From positions 1,184,001 to 1,248,000 of the forward strand of contig OZ244587.1 of NCBI GenBank assembly GCA_965218095.1: a stretch of DNA of 64,000 nucleotides, in the 5' to 3' direction. Under the pieces are notes generated by a model, which did not search any database, was not told the DNA's origin, and saw only the letters and a list, made by a program, of their open reading frames with translations. Numbering within the stretch: position 1 is the stretch's first letter; every line of letters starts with the position of its first letter. Origin of the DNA: Candidatus Poribacteria bacterium. Lineage in GTDB: Bacteria; Poribacteria; WGA-4E; PCPOR2b. Below are positions 49,900 through 61,800 of this stretch, in pieces. A program made the position numbers and the translations under genes.

Positions 49900-50745
49900 T
49901 CACCTATTCTCTATCAACCCCCTCAACACAGCAAGATTGGCCGCGTGCATCGTTTCCATCTTCGGTGTTTCGATAATCATTGGGACTTTCTCGAAGCGTG
50001 AATCGTTGAGGAGCAGTTTGAAGGGGATTATGCTGATGTTGCCCGCGCCGATGTGGTCGTGGCGGTCGACCCGGCTGTTATATGCCGACTTCGCATCGTT
50101 GAGGTGAAACGCAAGCAACCGGTCTAACCCAATAATCCGATTAAATCGGTCAAGAGTTTGGTAATAGTCATCTTCCGTGCGCAGGTCGTATCCCGCCACG
50201 AAGACATGACAGGTATCAAAACAGACCCCCAGTCTTTCGGGATACCGTGATCCATCAATAATCTGATGTAGATGCTCAAAACAGTAACCCAGATTCGTCC
50301 CTTGCCCTGCTGTTGTTTCGAGCAAGATAATGACCTTTTCGCCTTCCGTTTGCTCAAAGAGCTGATCGAGGCTGCGGCTTAATAGTTTCAAGCCCTGCGC
50401 TTCGCCTGAATCGAGATGTGCGCCCATGTGCGTCACGATATACGGAATCCCACAGAGATCCGCGAGTTGCATCTGCGCGAGAAACTGTTTGTGGGAGTTT
50501 GCGAGGACATCCATCTTAGGGGACGCGAGGTTGGTCAAGTGAATGTCGTGGACGAGAATCTCTTGGATGGAAGATGCGCGCCAGTCCGCCCTGAATCGAT
50601 CTATTTCAGCCTCAGTCGGTTCTTTGCCAACCCAGCGGTTTGGATTTTTCAGGAAAATCTGGACGGCTTCACACGCCAGCTTTTCCCCGTTATGAATTGA
50701 ATTGTGTAAACCGCCAGCGGCGGAGACATGGGCACCGAGAGTCAT
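49900..50745 (-). CDS. nfo: Endonuclease IV
   Basis: LGAHVS, LLETTAGQG, CFDTCH, HLNDAK..DRH.HIG, ETP. Confidence 0.95.
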   Translation of the reverse strand: MTLGAHVSAAGGLHNSIHNGEKLACEAVQIFLKNPNRWVGKEPTEAEIDRFRADWRASSIQEILVHDIHLTNLASPKMDVLANSHKQFLAQMQLADLCGIPYIVTHMGAHLDSGEAQGLKLLSRSLDQLFEQTEGEKVIILLETTAGQGTNLGYCFEHLHQIIDGSRYPERLGVCFDTCHVFVAGYDLRTEDDYYQTLDRFNRIIGLDRLLAFHLNDAKSAYNSRVDRHDHIGAGNISIIPFKLLLNDSRFEKVPMIIETPKMETMHAANLAVLRGLIENR

Positions 50746-50776
50746 TGACGATAACCTTTTCTATTGTCAGAAAAAG

Positions 50777-50817
50777 AAAAACAGCCTGAAATCAATTTTG
50801 GATTCCAGGCTGTTTTT
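50777..50817. terminator. Intrinsic (bidirectional) terminator
   Basis: aaaaacagcctg...caggctgttttt. Confidence 0.7.
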
Positions 50818-50869
50818 GGGCTTAATAATTGAGACCAAACGAAAAAACATTTCGTTCAGCTGATATCTG

Positions 50870-51790
50870 CTACATCATCTTTTTGATGATTGCCTCGCCC
50901 TGTTCCTTTGGAACTCCAAGTTCCTGACGCGCGAGCGGGACGCCCTCATGCAGGACCGGTTCAAGGTCTTCAAGCGCAGGACGACTCGTATCTTCATAAA
51001 ACAGCCCGACGGGGATTTCATCACCCCACACCATAGCTTGCTCAAGGGCTGCCTGCACATTGGTGGGATCGTGTTCCGTTTCTTCGAGTTTCTTCACACG
51101 CTGTTTGAAGAAGGCAAACGTATTGTCCTTGTTAAAGGTAATACAAGGGCTGAAGACATCCACGAATGCGAATCCATTGTGTTCGATCCCTCTGTACATC
51201 AGTTCAGCAAGGCCCCGCGTATCGCCGCTAAACCCTCTGGCAACGTAGGTCGCGCCTGAGACGATTGCTAAAGCCAGTGGATTGAGCGGTTGTTCGACGC
51301 TGCCAAAGGGTGTACTTTTGGTCTTCATCCCCATTACGCTGGTGGGTGAAGCTTGACCGATTGTCAATCCGTAGATCTGGTTGTCCATCACAATATACAG
51401 TAGATCAATGTTGCGGCGCATGGTGTGCATGAAGTGATTCCCGCCAATACCAAAGCCATCGCCATCGCCTCCCGTGACAATCACTTTTAGATCGTGGTTA
51501 GCGAGTTTCACGCCGGTCGCCACAGCAAGCGAACGCCCGTGAAGCGTGTGCATGCCATAGGCGTTGAAAAATCCAGGCAGGTTGGACGAACAGCCGATTC
51601 CGCTGACTGTGATAAATTCGTGCTGTTCACAGCCGGTCTTCGCGCAAGCCATCTCAAGGGCTCTCAATACGCCAAAATCGCCACAACCGGGACACCAATC
51701 CGGGGATACGCTGCCCCTAAAATCTTTTGCTGTTGGGGCTGCTTTAATGGATGCATCGTTTGGCACATTTTCTCTTCTTTTCCTCGCCAT
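50870..51790 (-). CDS. korB: 2-oxoacid:ferredoxin oxidoreductase beta subunit
   Basis: WCPGCGD, SGIGCSS, HTLHGR, GGDGDGFGIG, DNQIYGLT. Confidence 0.93.
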   Translation of the reverse strand: MARKRRENVPNDASIKAAPTAKDFRGSVSPDWCPGCGDFGVLRALEMACAKTGCEQHEFITVSGIGCSSNLPGFFNAYGMHTLHGRSLAVATGVKLANHDLKVIVTGGDGDGFGIGGNHFMHTMRRNIDLLYIVMDNQIYGLTIGQASPTSVMGMKTKSTPFGSVEQPLNPLALAIVSGATYVARGFSGDTRGLAELMYRGIEHNGFAFVDVFSPCITFNKDNTFAFFKQRVKKLEETEHDPTNVQAALEQAMVWGDEIPVGLFYEDTSRPALEDLEPVLHEGVPLARQELGVPKEQGEAIIKKMM

Positions 51791-51801
51791 GTTATCCCTC
51801 C

Positions 51802-53580
51802 TTAGACTACAATTTCTTGGTATGGTACATAGAGCTCTGCACCCGCCAGTATCTTCTCGACACCATCAACGATATGATGCGGCATGAATGGTTCGCCATC
51901 GTATTTTCGGATGTGACCGTTAGCCTTGAAGCTAGTTTCACTCCGCAGGAAACGGGCGAACTGGCCCGTGTAGTTGCACTCGACGATGATTGAGTTCTTA
52001 CAGATCGAGAGAATCTCACTGACCCCATCTTCAGACATTGGGTAGAGCCATTTGAAGTGAATATGATTGACATGATGGCCTGCTGCTCTCAACAGACTAG
52101 CGGCTTCACCAATGACACTCTGCGTAGACCCCCAGCCAATCAAGGTGATGTCGGCATCTTCAGGACCGTCGACCGAAGGCAGTGGTAATTCATCGATGAT
52201 ACCGTCCATCTTGCGCTGCCGTTTTTCGATCATGTCGCGTCGCTTATGTGGGTTTGTGAATTCGTCACTAATCAGCACGCCGTCCTCATCGTGTTCGTCA
52301 GTTGCCACAACGTGGACATGTCCCGGCGTTCCCGGTATAGCCCGAGGAGAGATTCCACTCTCGGTGATCTTGTAACGCAGATATGGCTCACCCGTGCCTT
52401 TATCTTTGGCGATCAGTTCGCCACGATTAATCTCCTGAGACCAGTTAATCTCGTCCGGATCGATCGTCGAATATCCCATGGAGAGTGTGAGATCGGAAAC
52501 CACCATTCCTGGGCACTGATATTTATCGACCAAATTGAAAAGCTCAGGAATCGTGTGAAAACCATCGGCAATACTAGTTGGCGCCACAATAATCTTTGGG
52601 AAATCACCTTGACTGGCGCCGAGGGCCTGCCATAGATCACCTTGCTCGGTCTTTGTCGGCAACCCTGTGGAGGGTCCGCCACGCTGGACATTGATAACAA
52701 CCATCGGTATTTCCATCATCCCTGCACTGCCGATAGCTTCGGTCATCAGGGCAAAGCCACCACCGGAGGTCGCGCACATTGCACGACAACCCGCATGGGC
52801 GGCGCCAATGGTCATATTGATCACGCCGATTTCGTCTTCAACTTGCCGAACCATGATGCCCAAATCGCGTGCGTTTGTAGCCATCCAGTGCAGAACACCG
52901 GTGGATGGACTCATTGGATAGGCACAGTAGAATTTCACACCGGCTGCCGCGCCCCCCATCGCCATCGCTTCGTTGCCAGTCGTCACTGCAAGCGGCTTAT
53001 CTTGTTCCGGCAAAGGTGTGGCGAACGGTGTGAAATGTTCAGCGGCATGATTATAGCCTGCTCGAGCAATACCGACGTTTTCATCAACAACCGCCTGCCC
53101 TTTCCGCTTGAACTGGATCGTTAAAATATTCTCAAACTGTTCCAAACCTGCACCGGTCATGTTAAGCGTAGCCCCAAGTAACAAGGTATTGAGCATGACC
53201 TTATTTCGACTGTTGTTGGATAACTCTTTGAAGGAGAGCGGACACAACTGGACACCCTCTGGGGCATCATCTCCGGGTGTAGTATCATCACTATTATAGA
53301 TAATTGCCCCACCCGAAACAACATTCCGAAGGTGTTTATCCATTGCGTCCTGGTTCAATGCGATTACCAGATCCATTTTGTCACCATGATTTGCAACAGG
53401 CTCTGAATTGATTCGCATTGTTAAAAAGGTGTGACCACCACGGATCAGGGATTGATAGGCACTATAAGTGAAAACATGAAGACCCCGACGGGCGCAGATT
53501 CTCACTAGAACGGGCCCAGCACTTTCAAGCCCCTGACCGGGCGCCCCACCCATAGCAATCGCAAAATCGAATTTTGCCAT
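51802..53580 (-). CDS. korA: 2-oxoacid:ferredoxin oxidoreductase alpha subunit (gamma-alpha fusion)
   Basis: YPMSPST, EDEI, ATSGGGFALM, QRGGPSTGLPTKTEQGD. Confidence 0.93.
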   Translation of the reverse strand: MAKFDFAIAMGGAPGQGLESAGPVLVRICARRGLHVFTYSAYQSLIRGGHTFLTMRINSEPVANHGDKMDLVIALNQDAMDKHLRNVVSGGAIIYNSDDTTPGDDAPEGVQLCPLSFKELSNNSRNKVMLNTLLLGATLNMTGAGLEQFENILTIQFKRKGQAVVDENVGIARAGYNHAAEHFTPFATPLPEQDKPLAVTTGNEAMAMGGAAAGVKFYCAYPMSPSTGVLHWMATNARDLGIMVRQVEDEIGVINMTIGAAHAGCRAMCATSGGGFALMTEAIGSAGMMEIPMVVINVQRGGPSTGLPTKTEQGDLWQALGASQGDFPKIIVAPTSIADGFHTIPELFNLVDKYQCPGMVVSDLTLSMGYSTIDPDEINWSQEINRGELIAKDKGTGEPYLRYKITESGISPRAIPGTPGHVHVVATDEHDEDGVLISDEFTNPHKRRDMIEKRQRKMDGIIDELPLPSVDGPEDADITLIGWGSTQSVIGEAASLLRAAGHHVNHIHFKWLYPMSEDGVSEILSICKNSIIVECNYTGQFARFLRSETSFKANGHIRKYDGEPFMPHHIVDGVEKILAGAELYVPYQEIVV

Positions 53581-54018
53581 TTTATATCCTTTCTCATTGA
53601 ATTTCGATAGTCTGACGTAACTTCAAAAATTCATGCCTTTTCAGTTTTACCTAATCCTTTTGAAAACCGCCCGTTTCTTGGATTCGATGAAAAAATCCGT
53701 TGGCAATTTTACTACCGACCGAAATGAGTTATGCGATTCACTAGATCAACTGAGCTTTCCGATGAGCGGGTGAGCGATTGCGCTACGGAAATTCTGCTTA
53801 ACTTAGATCGGGGCATAGAAAGATATTGTTCCTATAAGGCTCAATGGTAGGTAGGAAATCTTGGAAAACATAGACATAAGAATAACACATTTATGTGCAT
53901 TTTTTCAAATGAATTATCCAATTTCACCGAGTATCTCACATCAACAATCCTCTTTATGACATAGCGGTTCTGGTAAATGCCGGCTCCATCCCAGATCTGC
54001 GGCATTTCCGTCATCGCT

Positions 54019-54703
54019 TCACTTTTCAACATGGACGGTGCCGTCCGCGTCTACGGTGAAGCAAGATCTTTGGATCCCAGAACAGGGGCCATGCATTACA
54101 ACACGCTGTTCTTCCGTCATGCCCTCCACCAATTCTTCACCCCAGTAGATTTCAGGGGGTGCGCGGTGTCCGGTGGTTTTCGAGGATAATTTTCCAGATG
54201 TCCTCAACGGGCTCCCCTTCTCGGATAATCTTTACCGGCGGCAATCGGAGACCTTCTTGGTACACCTCCTTGGCATCTGCCGCAAAACCGCCGACCGCCT
54301 TCCCACCGATCTCCGTGACATGGGCAATATTGCCGATGAACCCGTATAACTCGCCGTTGTGGTAGACCGCCTTGATCACTGTATGTTCCGGCATGTGACA
54401 GCCGCCGCGATAGGGGTCGTTGTGCATCACCACATCGCCGGGCTTAAAATTCTCCAGGCCGATTTCGGCGATTGTCCACTGCATGGTGTAGAATATCGCG
54501 CCGATCTGGGCGGGACAAAACTCCGCGTAAGCCACCATCTCGCCGTCACGATCGAAGATGACACAGGAGAAATCCAGTCCTTCGTTAAAGATAGAGGAGT
54601 ATGAGGTTTTCATCATTGCCAAACCCATCTCACGACAGGTGTTGACAAGGTAGTTGTTGATGATAGTGAGTGTGACGCTGTCGATTGATTTTTCCGTTTT
54701 CAT
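54019..54703 (-). pseudogene. Hydantoinase B/oxoprolinase, truncated
   Basis: MMKTSYSSIFNEGLDFSC, NDPYRGGCHMP, YQEGLRLPPVK; ends after NHRTP, about one third of normal length. Confidence 0.85.
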
Positions 54704-54849
54704 TTGTTTCTTTAATCAGAAATTTATAATAGCGTAGTTGATTGCGCGTCCGGCTGAGCAATGAATCGCCCTATGACAATTCACTCCAAGGGAGGCGTCA
54801 CGATAAATCGGAATTTACGCTCACTAATCCTAAAAGGTAGAGACTACCA

Positions 54850-55578
54850 CTAGGGAACATTCTCAATAGTCCAACTTCCGTCGGGGTTTTTGCTGGCAGA
54901 AAAACTAGTCCCAAAGAAGTTATCTCTTTCTATATTCCACTCTACACAGAACTTTGTGTTGCGAACCTGAAATTGCTCTGGTATCTCTATCTGGACTCTA
55001 CGGAGAGGTACTTGTTCTCGACACACGGTGCCATCCTGAAGGACAGAAAAGATAATTTCCGCAAACGGCTCATTACTGTCGTAACTACAACCCTTCCCCG
55101 GCTTCAATGTCATTCCAACGGTGCAAGCTCCTTTGTCAATAAAAGATGATGGTGGTTGATTAATCCCAATCCCAATCTGCACCGATGGTGGCGGTTCATT
55201 GACCGTAACCTCAAATGTTACCGGTACTGATGCTACATTATCTTGTCCGCTGTCATCTGTGGCGGTGACGGTGACAGTCGCGGTGCCTGCCTCCATAGCC
55301 ATGATGGTAAGAGTTGTATCCCTCACTGAAACGGTGGCAATGATAGTATCGTCAGTGAATGCACTGATAATATGTGTGTCGTCCACATCCGCATCAGTGA
55401 TGTTGACTTCCACCGTCGTTTCATCTCCAACATTAAGCGTTTTATCGCTTATTGTTTCAATGAACGGTTGGCTGTTATCCTCTTCAGAGGCACCGCAGCC
55501 AACGAAGAAAAATGATGTGAACAGAAGGATTGATAAGGTTACGCCGAAGATTTGCCTCAAGAGTAGGTTAGATCCCAT
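54850..55578 (-). CDS. Lipoprotein with an Ig-like domain and a Cys-motif domain
   Basis: Lipobox FVGC; GTATVTVTATDD; CTVGMTLKPGKGCSY. Confidence 0.7.
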   Translation of the reverse strand: MGSNLLLRQIFGVTLSILLFTSFFFVGCGASEEDNSQPFIETISDKTLNVGDETTVEVNITDADVDDTHIISAFTDDTIIATVSVRDTTLTIMAMEAGTATVTVTATDDSGQDNVASVPVTFEVTVNEPPPSVQIGIGINQPPSSFIDKGACTVGMTLKPGKGCSYDSNEPFAEIIFSVLQDGTVCREQVPLRRVQIEIPEQFQVRNTKFCVEWNIERDNFFGTSFSASKNPDGSWTIENVP

Positions 55579-55603
55579 TTCGACTTCAAAATGAGTATTT
55601 TCC

Positions 55604-55775
55604 GCGTGGTAGGGCAGGAAGCCCTGCCTACTCATAAAACTGATGTCCAGATAGGGCGGGGCAAGATGCCCCGCCTACGGGAGATGGATTCCATTAACCA
55701 CGGAGGAAGTTGAGTGTAGCGAAATCCCCGATGAATCGGGACAGGCCCGATTTATCAGGGATGCCCCGCCTACAA
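55604..55775. repeat. Cluster of GTAG-type REP palindromes
   Basis: gtagggcaggaagccctgcctac, tagggcggggcaagatgccccgcctac, cccgatgaatcggg. Confidence 0.7.
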
Positions 55776-55807
55776 ACGGGCTCTTAGTAAAGATATCAAC
55801 TCCTTTC

Positions 55808-58800
55808 CTACTTGATGATGAGCATCTTCCGAGTAGCGGAAAAGTCGCCTGTGGACAGGTGATAGAAGTACACACCACTTGCCACCTGTTCACCGAAATC
55901 GTTACGACCATCCCAGTGGATTGCTTTCGCTCGAGATTCGTACACCGCTGCCGGTTTGTAGCCCACATCTATGCTTCGTACAACCCGTCCGGCTGTATCG
56001 TAGATGGTCAAGTTGACGACAGCATCTTCTGCCAACCGATACGGTATCCACGTCTCTGGGTTGAACGGATTCGGGTAGTTTGGGAGCAGTTCCGTTTCTG
56101 TTGGTATTTCATAGGCAATCAAATTATCTAACTCAATCCGACTCCACTTCACATCTTCAGCAGTAACCGTATGACGCAACGGTCGTACACCGATTCGTGG
56201 GTCTGGGGATCGCACCGAGATTTCAAGGATATCCCCAATCTGCGCTGCCCCGCCTGTCTCCGTGTCAACAACCGTAAGTTGATAACTGCCCCCTGTATCT
56301 CCGGTCACAGTGGCGACTGATTTGCGGGTTGAGAGGTTCTTGACGATAACGCGGAAGCCCGACCCTGACCGTAGATGGGGCATCCTGCCCCACTCACCTA
56401 CGGGGGAAACGATTGAACCCGTCAACGCCAAAACAGGAGTAGTATTTCCCACTTCAATCCCCGTCAGTGCCACCGGTGCGGCGGCAGCTACCCCTGATAC
56501 ATTATCCCATCCCTGACCGGAGATAGCAACCGTTGTTTCTTCCCGCGCGTTCAGGATAAAGGATTGTCCCCCCGTGATGGGAATATCACCGGCATTGCCC
56601 GCCTGTTCGACTGTTTGGAATATCCCGTTATTCAAAACCGTAATGGTGGAGACGTTGGCCCTAATCCCTTCGAGCGCGAATAGGTCGCTGACGTGGGTTA
56701 TTCTTGGGTCTTTCAGCGACATTCCTACCAAGTTTGTGCCCGGGTGCAATGTAATTACACTATTTCCGTTGCTACCTAGCGCGTCGCCATCCAGTTGCAG
56801 CGAGACTGGCGTTTTCATGTCGGCAATAATACCTTGGTGATCAGCCAGAACAGTATCAGCGATAGTGCCTCGACTAGCTTCTCCCAGATAACTGCGCCAA
56901 CTCTGAGTTGCGGGATCATAAGTGATGAGAAGGTTAACAGTATCCGCACCACCGAGTACGTCGTAAAGGGCACTGACCGATTCGATGGTCTGTGCCACCC
57001 CGTCAACGGCTGTCACCCGCAGGGGGACGTGAATTAAGCTAATGCCGCTTGGTGCCCTCAAAACCTGCTCTGTCGCGGTGACAGTTATTTGCGCTGTGAG
57101 CGCGGGACCGTTGTAATCTGCTATAGCATCTGCGCCGACTGTGAAGATTAACGTAGAGGTGGAGTCAAAGTTGGTGCCATCAAATTCGAGTTCAAGAGTA
57201 AGTTCAGTATCACTTTCTCGGTCAGGGTCGTGCCAAGGGATTGTTACACCGTTAATGCCGGATACGGTCACAGCATCTCTGATGTCAAAGATAGAGCGTG
57301 CGTAATTCCTGCCGGTAAGTGTGAGTGTGACAACGCTTTCATCTAACGTTGCCTCTGTCAATGGAGAGGCAGTCGTGGCTACTATGGATTCTGTGCTTGC
57401 GGTGACAGAGACTTGCACGGTGAGTGCGGGACCGTTGTAGTCAGCTATAGCCCCTGCTCCTACGGTGAAGGTGAGTGTAGCATCAGTATCAAAATCACCA
57501 TTAAATTCCAGTTCAACAGTGGCTTCCGTATCACTAATGCGGTCTACCCCATACCGTTCGTAAGTAGCACCGTCAATACCGGTTATAGTCAAAGCACTTC
57601 TAATGTCCCGGTAACTGGGTACGTAATGTCTGCCGGTGAGTGTGAGTGTGACGATGCTTCCATTGAGCGTCATCTCAGTTAGCGGAGCGTCAGTTGAAGC
57701 AACTATTGATTCTGTGCTTGCGGTGACAGGCAGTTGTGTAGTGAGCGCGGGCCCCTTATAATCTGCGATTGCTCCTGCTCTCACAGTGAAGGTGAGTGTA
57801 GCATTAGTATCAAAATCACCATTAAATTCCAGTTCAACAGTGGCTTCCGTATCACTAATGCGGTCTACCCCATACCGTTCGTAAGTAGCACCGTCAATAC
57901 CGGTTATAGTCAAAGCACTTCTAATGTCCCGGTAACTGGGTACGTAATGTCTGCCGGTGAGTGTGAGTGTGACGATGCTTCCATTGAGCGTCATCTCAGT
58001 TAGCGGAGCGTCAGTTGAAGCAACTATTGATTCTGTGCTTGCGGTGACAGGCAGTTGTGTAGTGAGCGCGGGCCCCTTATAATCTGCGATTGCTCCTGCT
58101 CTCACAGTGAAGGTGAGTGTAGCATTAGTATCAAAATCACCATTAAATTCCAGTTCAACAGTGGCTTCCGTATCACTAATGCGGTCTACCCCATACCGTT
58201 CGTAAGTAGCACCGTCAATACCGGTTATAGTCAAAGCACTTCTAATGTCCCGGTAACTGGGTACGTAATGTCTGCCGGTGAGAGTGAGTGTGACGACGCT
58301 TTCATGCAGCGTTGCCTCCGTCAACGGGGCCGGAGTTGATGCACGTAGGGTCAAGGTGCTATCGCCACCTCCTTGTTGTTGAGGTTGTTGTGGTGTGACA
58401 GGGGTTTGTCCATCGGTTACATCGGTAACGACGGGTGTTTCCGTGCTAGCAGAGACAGATAGTTGTGCGGTGAGAGCCGGTCCGTTGTATCCAGCGATGG
58501 CACCTGCACCGACAATAAAGGTCAATGTGGAATTTGTGTCAAAGTCGGTGCCATCAAATTCGAGTTCAAGAGTAATTTCAGTATTACTTTCTCGATCAGG
58601 CTCATGCCACGGCATTGTTACGCCATTGATGCCGGATACCGTCACAGCATCTCTGATTTTGGAGACGGCTCTCTCGTAAGTAGCACCGGTGAGAGTGAGT
58701 GTGACAACGCTTTCATCGAGTGTTGCTTCTGTCAACGGAGATGCCGTTGAGGCGACAACTGACTCAGGGAGAGCAGACACAGATATTTGCGAAGTAAGCG

Positions 58801-61800
58801 CATCCCCATCATAGTTCGCAATAGCGTCTGATCTCAAGGTGAAAGTTAACGTGCTATTCGTGCTAATGTTGCCATCAAACTCAAGTTCAACAGTGGCTTG
58901 TGTATCGCTGACACGAACCACGCTGAACGGCTCAAAGTCGGCACCTGTGATATCAGACACTGTTAGAGAACGTCTGATATCGAATGTAGTGCTTTCATAA
59001 GTGCCGCCGGTAAGTGTGAGCGTGACGACGCTTTCATTTAGCGTTGCCTCAGTTAGTGGTGACGGAGTTGATGCACGTAGGGTCGGCGTGCCACCGCCAA
59101 TTTCTACGGGTTCCTCTGAGGCAGAAACAGAGACTTGTGCAGTGAGTGCGGCACCGTCATATCCTGCGATGGCATCTGCTCCTACAGTGAAGGTCAGCGT
59201 GCCATCTGTGTTGATGTTCCCGTTGAATGTCAGTTCAACAGTGACTTCCGTGTCGCTTTCGCGGTCTATATTATAATTCTGAACGGTGACCCCTGCAATG
59301 CCGGAGACCGATACCGCTGTTCTGACTGTAGAATCGTTTCGCTCAAATTTCCTGCCGTTGAGCGTGAGTGTGACGACACTCTCATTGAGTGTTGCCTCAG
59401 TCAGTGGTTGTGGAGTTGAAGCGTCTAATGACTCTGTTCCTGCGGAGACAGGAACTTGTGCGGTGAGAGCGGGACCGTTATATCCAGCGATAGCCTCTGC
59501 GCCGACGGTAAAGGTCAGTGTGCTATTAGTGTTGATGTTCCCGTTGAATGTCAGTTCAACAGTGACTTCCGTGTCGCTTTCGCGGTCTATATTATAATTC
59601 TGAACGGTGACCCCTGCAATGCCGGAGACCGATACCGCTGTTCTGACTGTAGAATCGTTTCGCTCAAATTTCCCGCCGTTAAGCGTGAGTGTGACGACAC
59701 TTTCATTGAGTGTTGCCTCAGTCAATGGTCGTGGAGTTGAAGCGTCTAATGACTCTGTTCCTGCGGAGACAGGAACTTGTGCAGTGAGTGCGGCACCGTC
59801 ATATCCTGCGATGGCATCTGCGCCGACGGTAAAGGTCAATGTGCTATTAGTGTTGATGTTCCCGTTGAATGTCAGTTCAACAGTGACTTCCGTGTCGCTT
59901 TCGCGGTCTATATTATAATTCTGAACGGTGACCCCTGCAATGCCGGAGACCGATACCGCTGTTCTGACTGTAGAATCGTTTCGCTCAAACTTTCTACCGC
60001 TAAGGGTGAGTGTGACAACACTTTCATCGAGTGTTGCTTCTGTCAAAGGTGCAGCAGTTGATGCAGTGACCGACTCAGTGACAGCAGGCACAGATATTTG
60101 CGAAGTCAACGCAGCCCCTTCATAGTTCGCGATAGCATCGGATTCCAAGTTGAAAGTTAATGTGCCACTCGTGCTAATGTTGCCATCAAACTCAAGTTCA
60201 ACAGTGGCTTGTGTATCGCTGACACGAACCACGCTAAAAGTCTCAAAGTCAGCACCCGTGATACCAGAAACTGTTAGGGAACGTCTGATATCGAATACAG
60301 TGCTTTCATAAGTTCCACCGCTGAGGGTGAGTGTTGCGACCCCTCCATGCAACGTTGCTTCTGTCAATGAGGATGCCGTTGATACAGTTAGCGTCGGAGT
60401 TTCCCCCACATCTCCGGGTTGTTCCGGCTGTTCAGGTGTCTCAGGTTGTTCGGGTCTGTCTTCTCCAATTTCTTTGATTTCCCAAGAGTCATTGGAAACT
60501 TCTTCAGCGACGAAATGATAGTCTTGATTATTGATAGTTGCAGAGATGCGCATTGAACCGCCAATAGATGTTTGGTTAATCCACGCGAGCCACGAGGGTA
60601 AATCGGGGATGTTCCATTGCGAATGCCCATTATCAAGCACAGAAAACGTGGCATCGGTGCCGGGGTAGGTACAGCTCTCCCCGGGAGCGAGTATATCCCC
60701 AACTTTACAAACCCCGATGTCCGTGGGTGCTTCATCTACGTCGGTAACATTGATAGTAACAGTGATTGTGTCGGTGAGGCTGCCATCGGAGACGGTGACT
60801 GTTGCAGTATAGGTGGTTTTGGTTTCGTAGTCGAGTGCGGACTTGGTTTGCAACTGCCCCGTGCTGCTATTAATACTAAACGATGCCGCATCGGTGCCGC
60901 TGAGAGTGTAAGTCAGTGTGTCGTTGTCAGCGTCCGTGGCAGCGATTGCCGCCCCAATGTTTACGCCGGGTGCCGTATTCTCCGCCACAGCGCGGGTGGT
61001 ACTGGCACCTTCAGTGAACGTCGGTGCCCTGTTCGCAGCAGAGCTAAAGATTTCCAACGGTAGGTTAGCGGATCTGGTGAGTTGATAGCCTTGATGGTTT
61101 GTGGGTAGCCCCGGCAACGTGCCGATATCCACGGTGACAGCGGCGGTCGTGCCGGCTGTGCGTGTCACCGTGAGGCGTCCGCTTTCCACGCTGCCTTGCG
61201 GAATCGTGAGGGTACTTACCCCACTGCTGATAGTCCCGTTGGCAACGTTGATCGGTATGGTGATAGTGAACGGTGCCCCTGCAGGCACGGAGGCTTTGAA
61301 CTGGTTGTCCCCAACTTTCTCTAATGATATAGTAAGGGGTAAGGGGTCAACTGTGTTGCCTTGTAGCCAGAGCTGCGTTGATGCCGTCAATCCACGAAAC
61401 ATTCCCACTGATAAAGTAGACATTTGGTTTTTATTTAGGAGGAGTTGTGTCAGGGACGGTAATCCCGAAAACAGGTCTGCTGGTAGGCTCGTCAGGCGGT
61501 TGCCATCCAGATAGAGGTATTGCAGGGACGACAATCCAGAAAACAGGTCTGCGGGTAGGCTCGTCAACTTGTTGTTACGCAGGAAGAGTTGTGTGAGCGA
61601 CGACAATCCGGAAAATATATCTGCTGGTAGGTTCGTCAGGCGGCTGGTATGCAGGTTGATTTGTCTCAGAGACGACAGTCCGGCAAACAGATCTACGGGT
61701 AGGCTCGTCAGCTGATTGTTATGCAGGTAAAGATCGTGTAGTGCTGTTAATTCGGAGAACACGTCTGGGGGCAGGCTCGTTAGTTGATTGTTACCTAGAT

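Noticed and set aside
53841-54032. 63-aa ORF downstream of the hydantoinase remnant
   Set aside because: AT-rich fragment with no recognisable family or translation signals.
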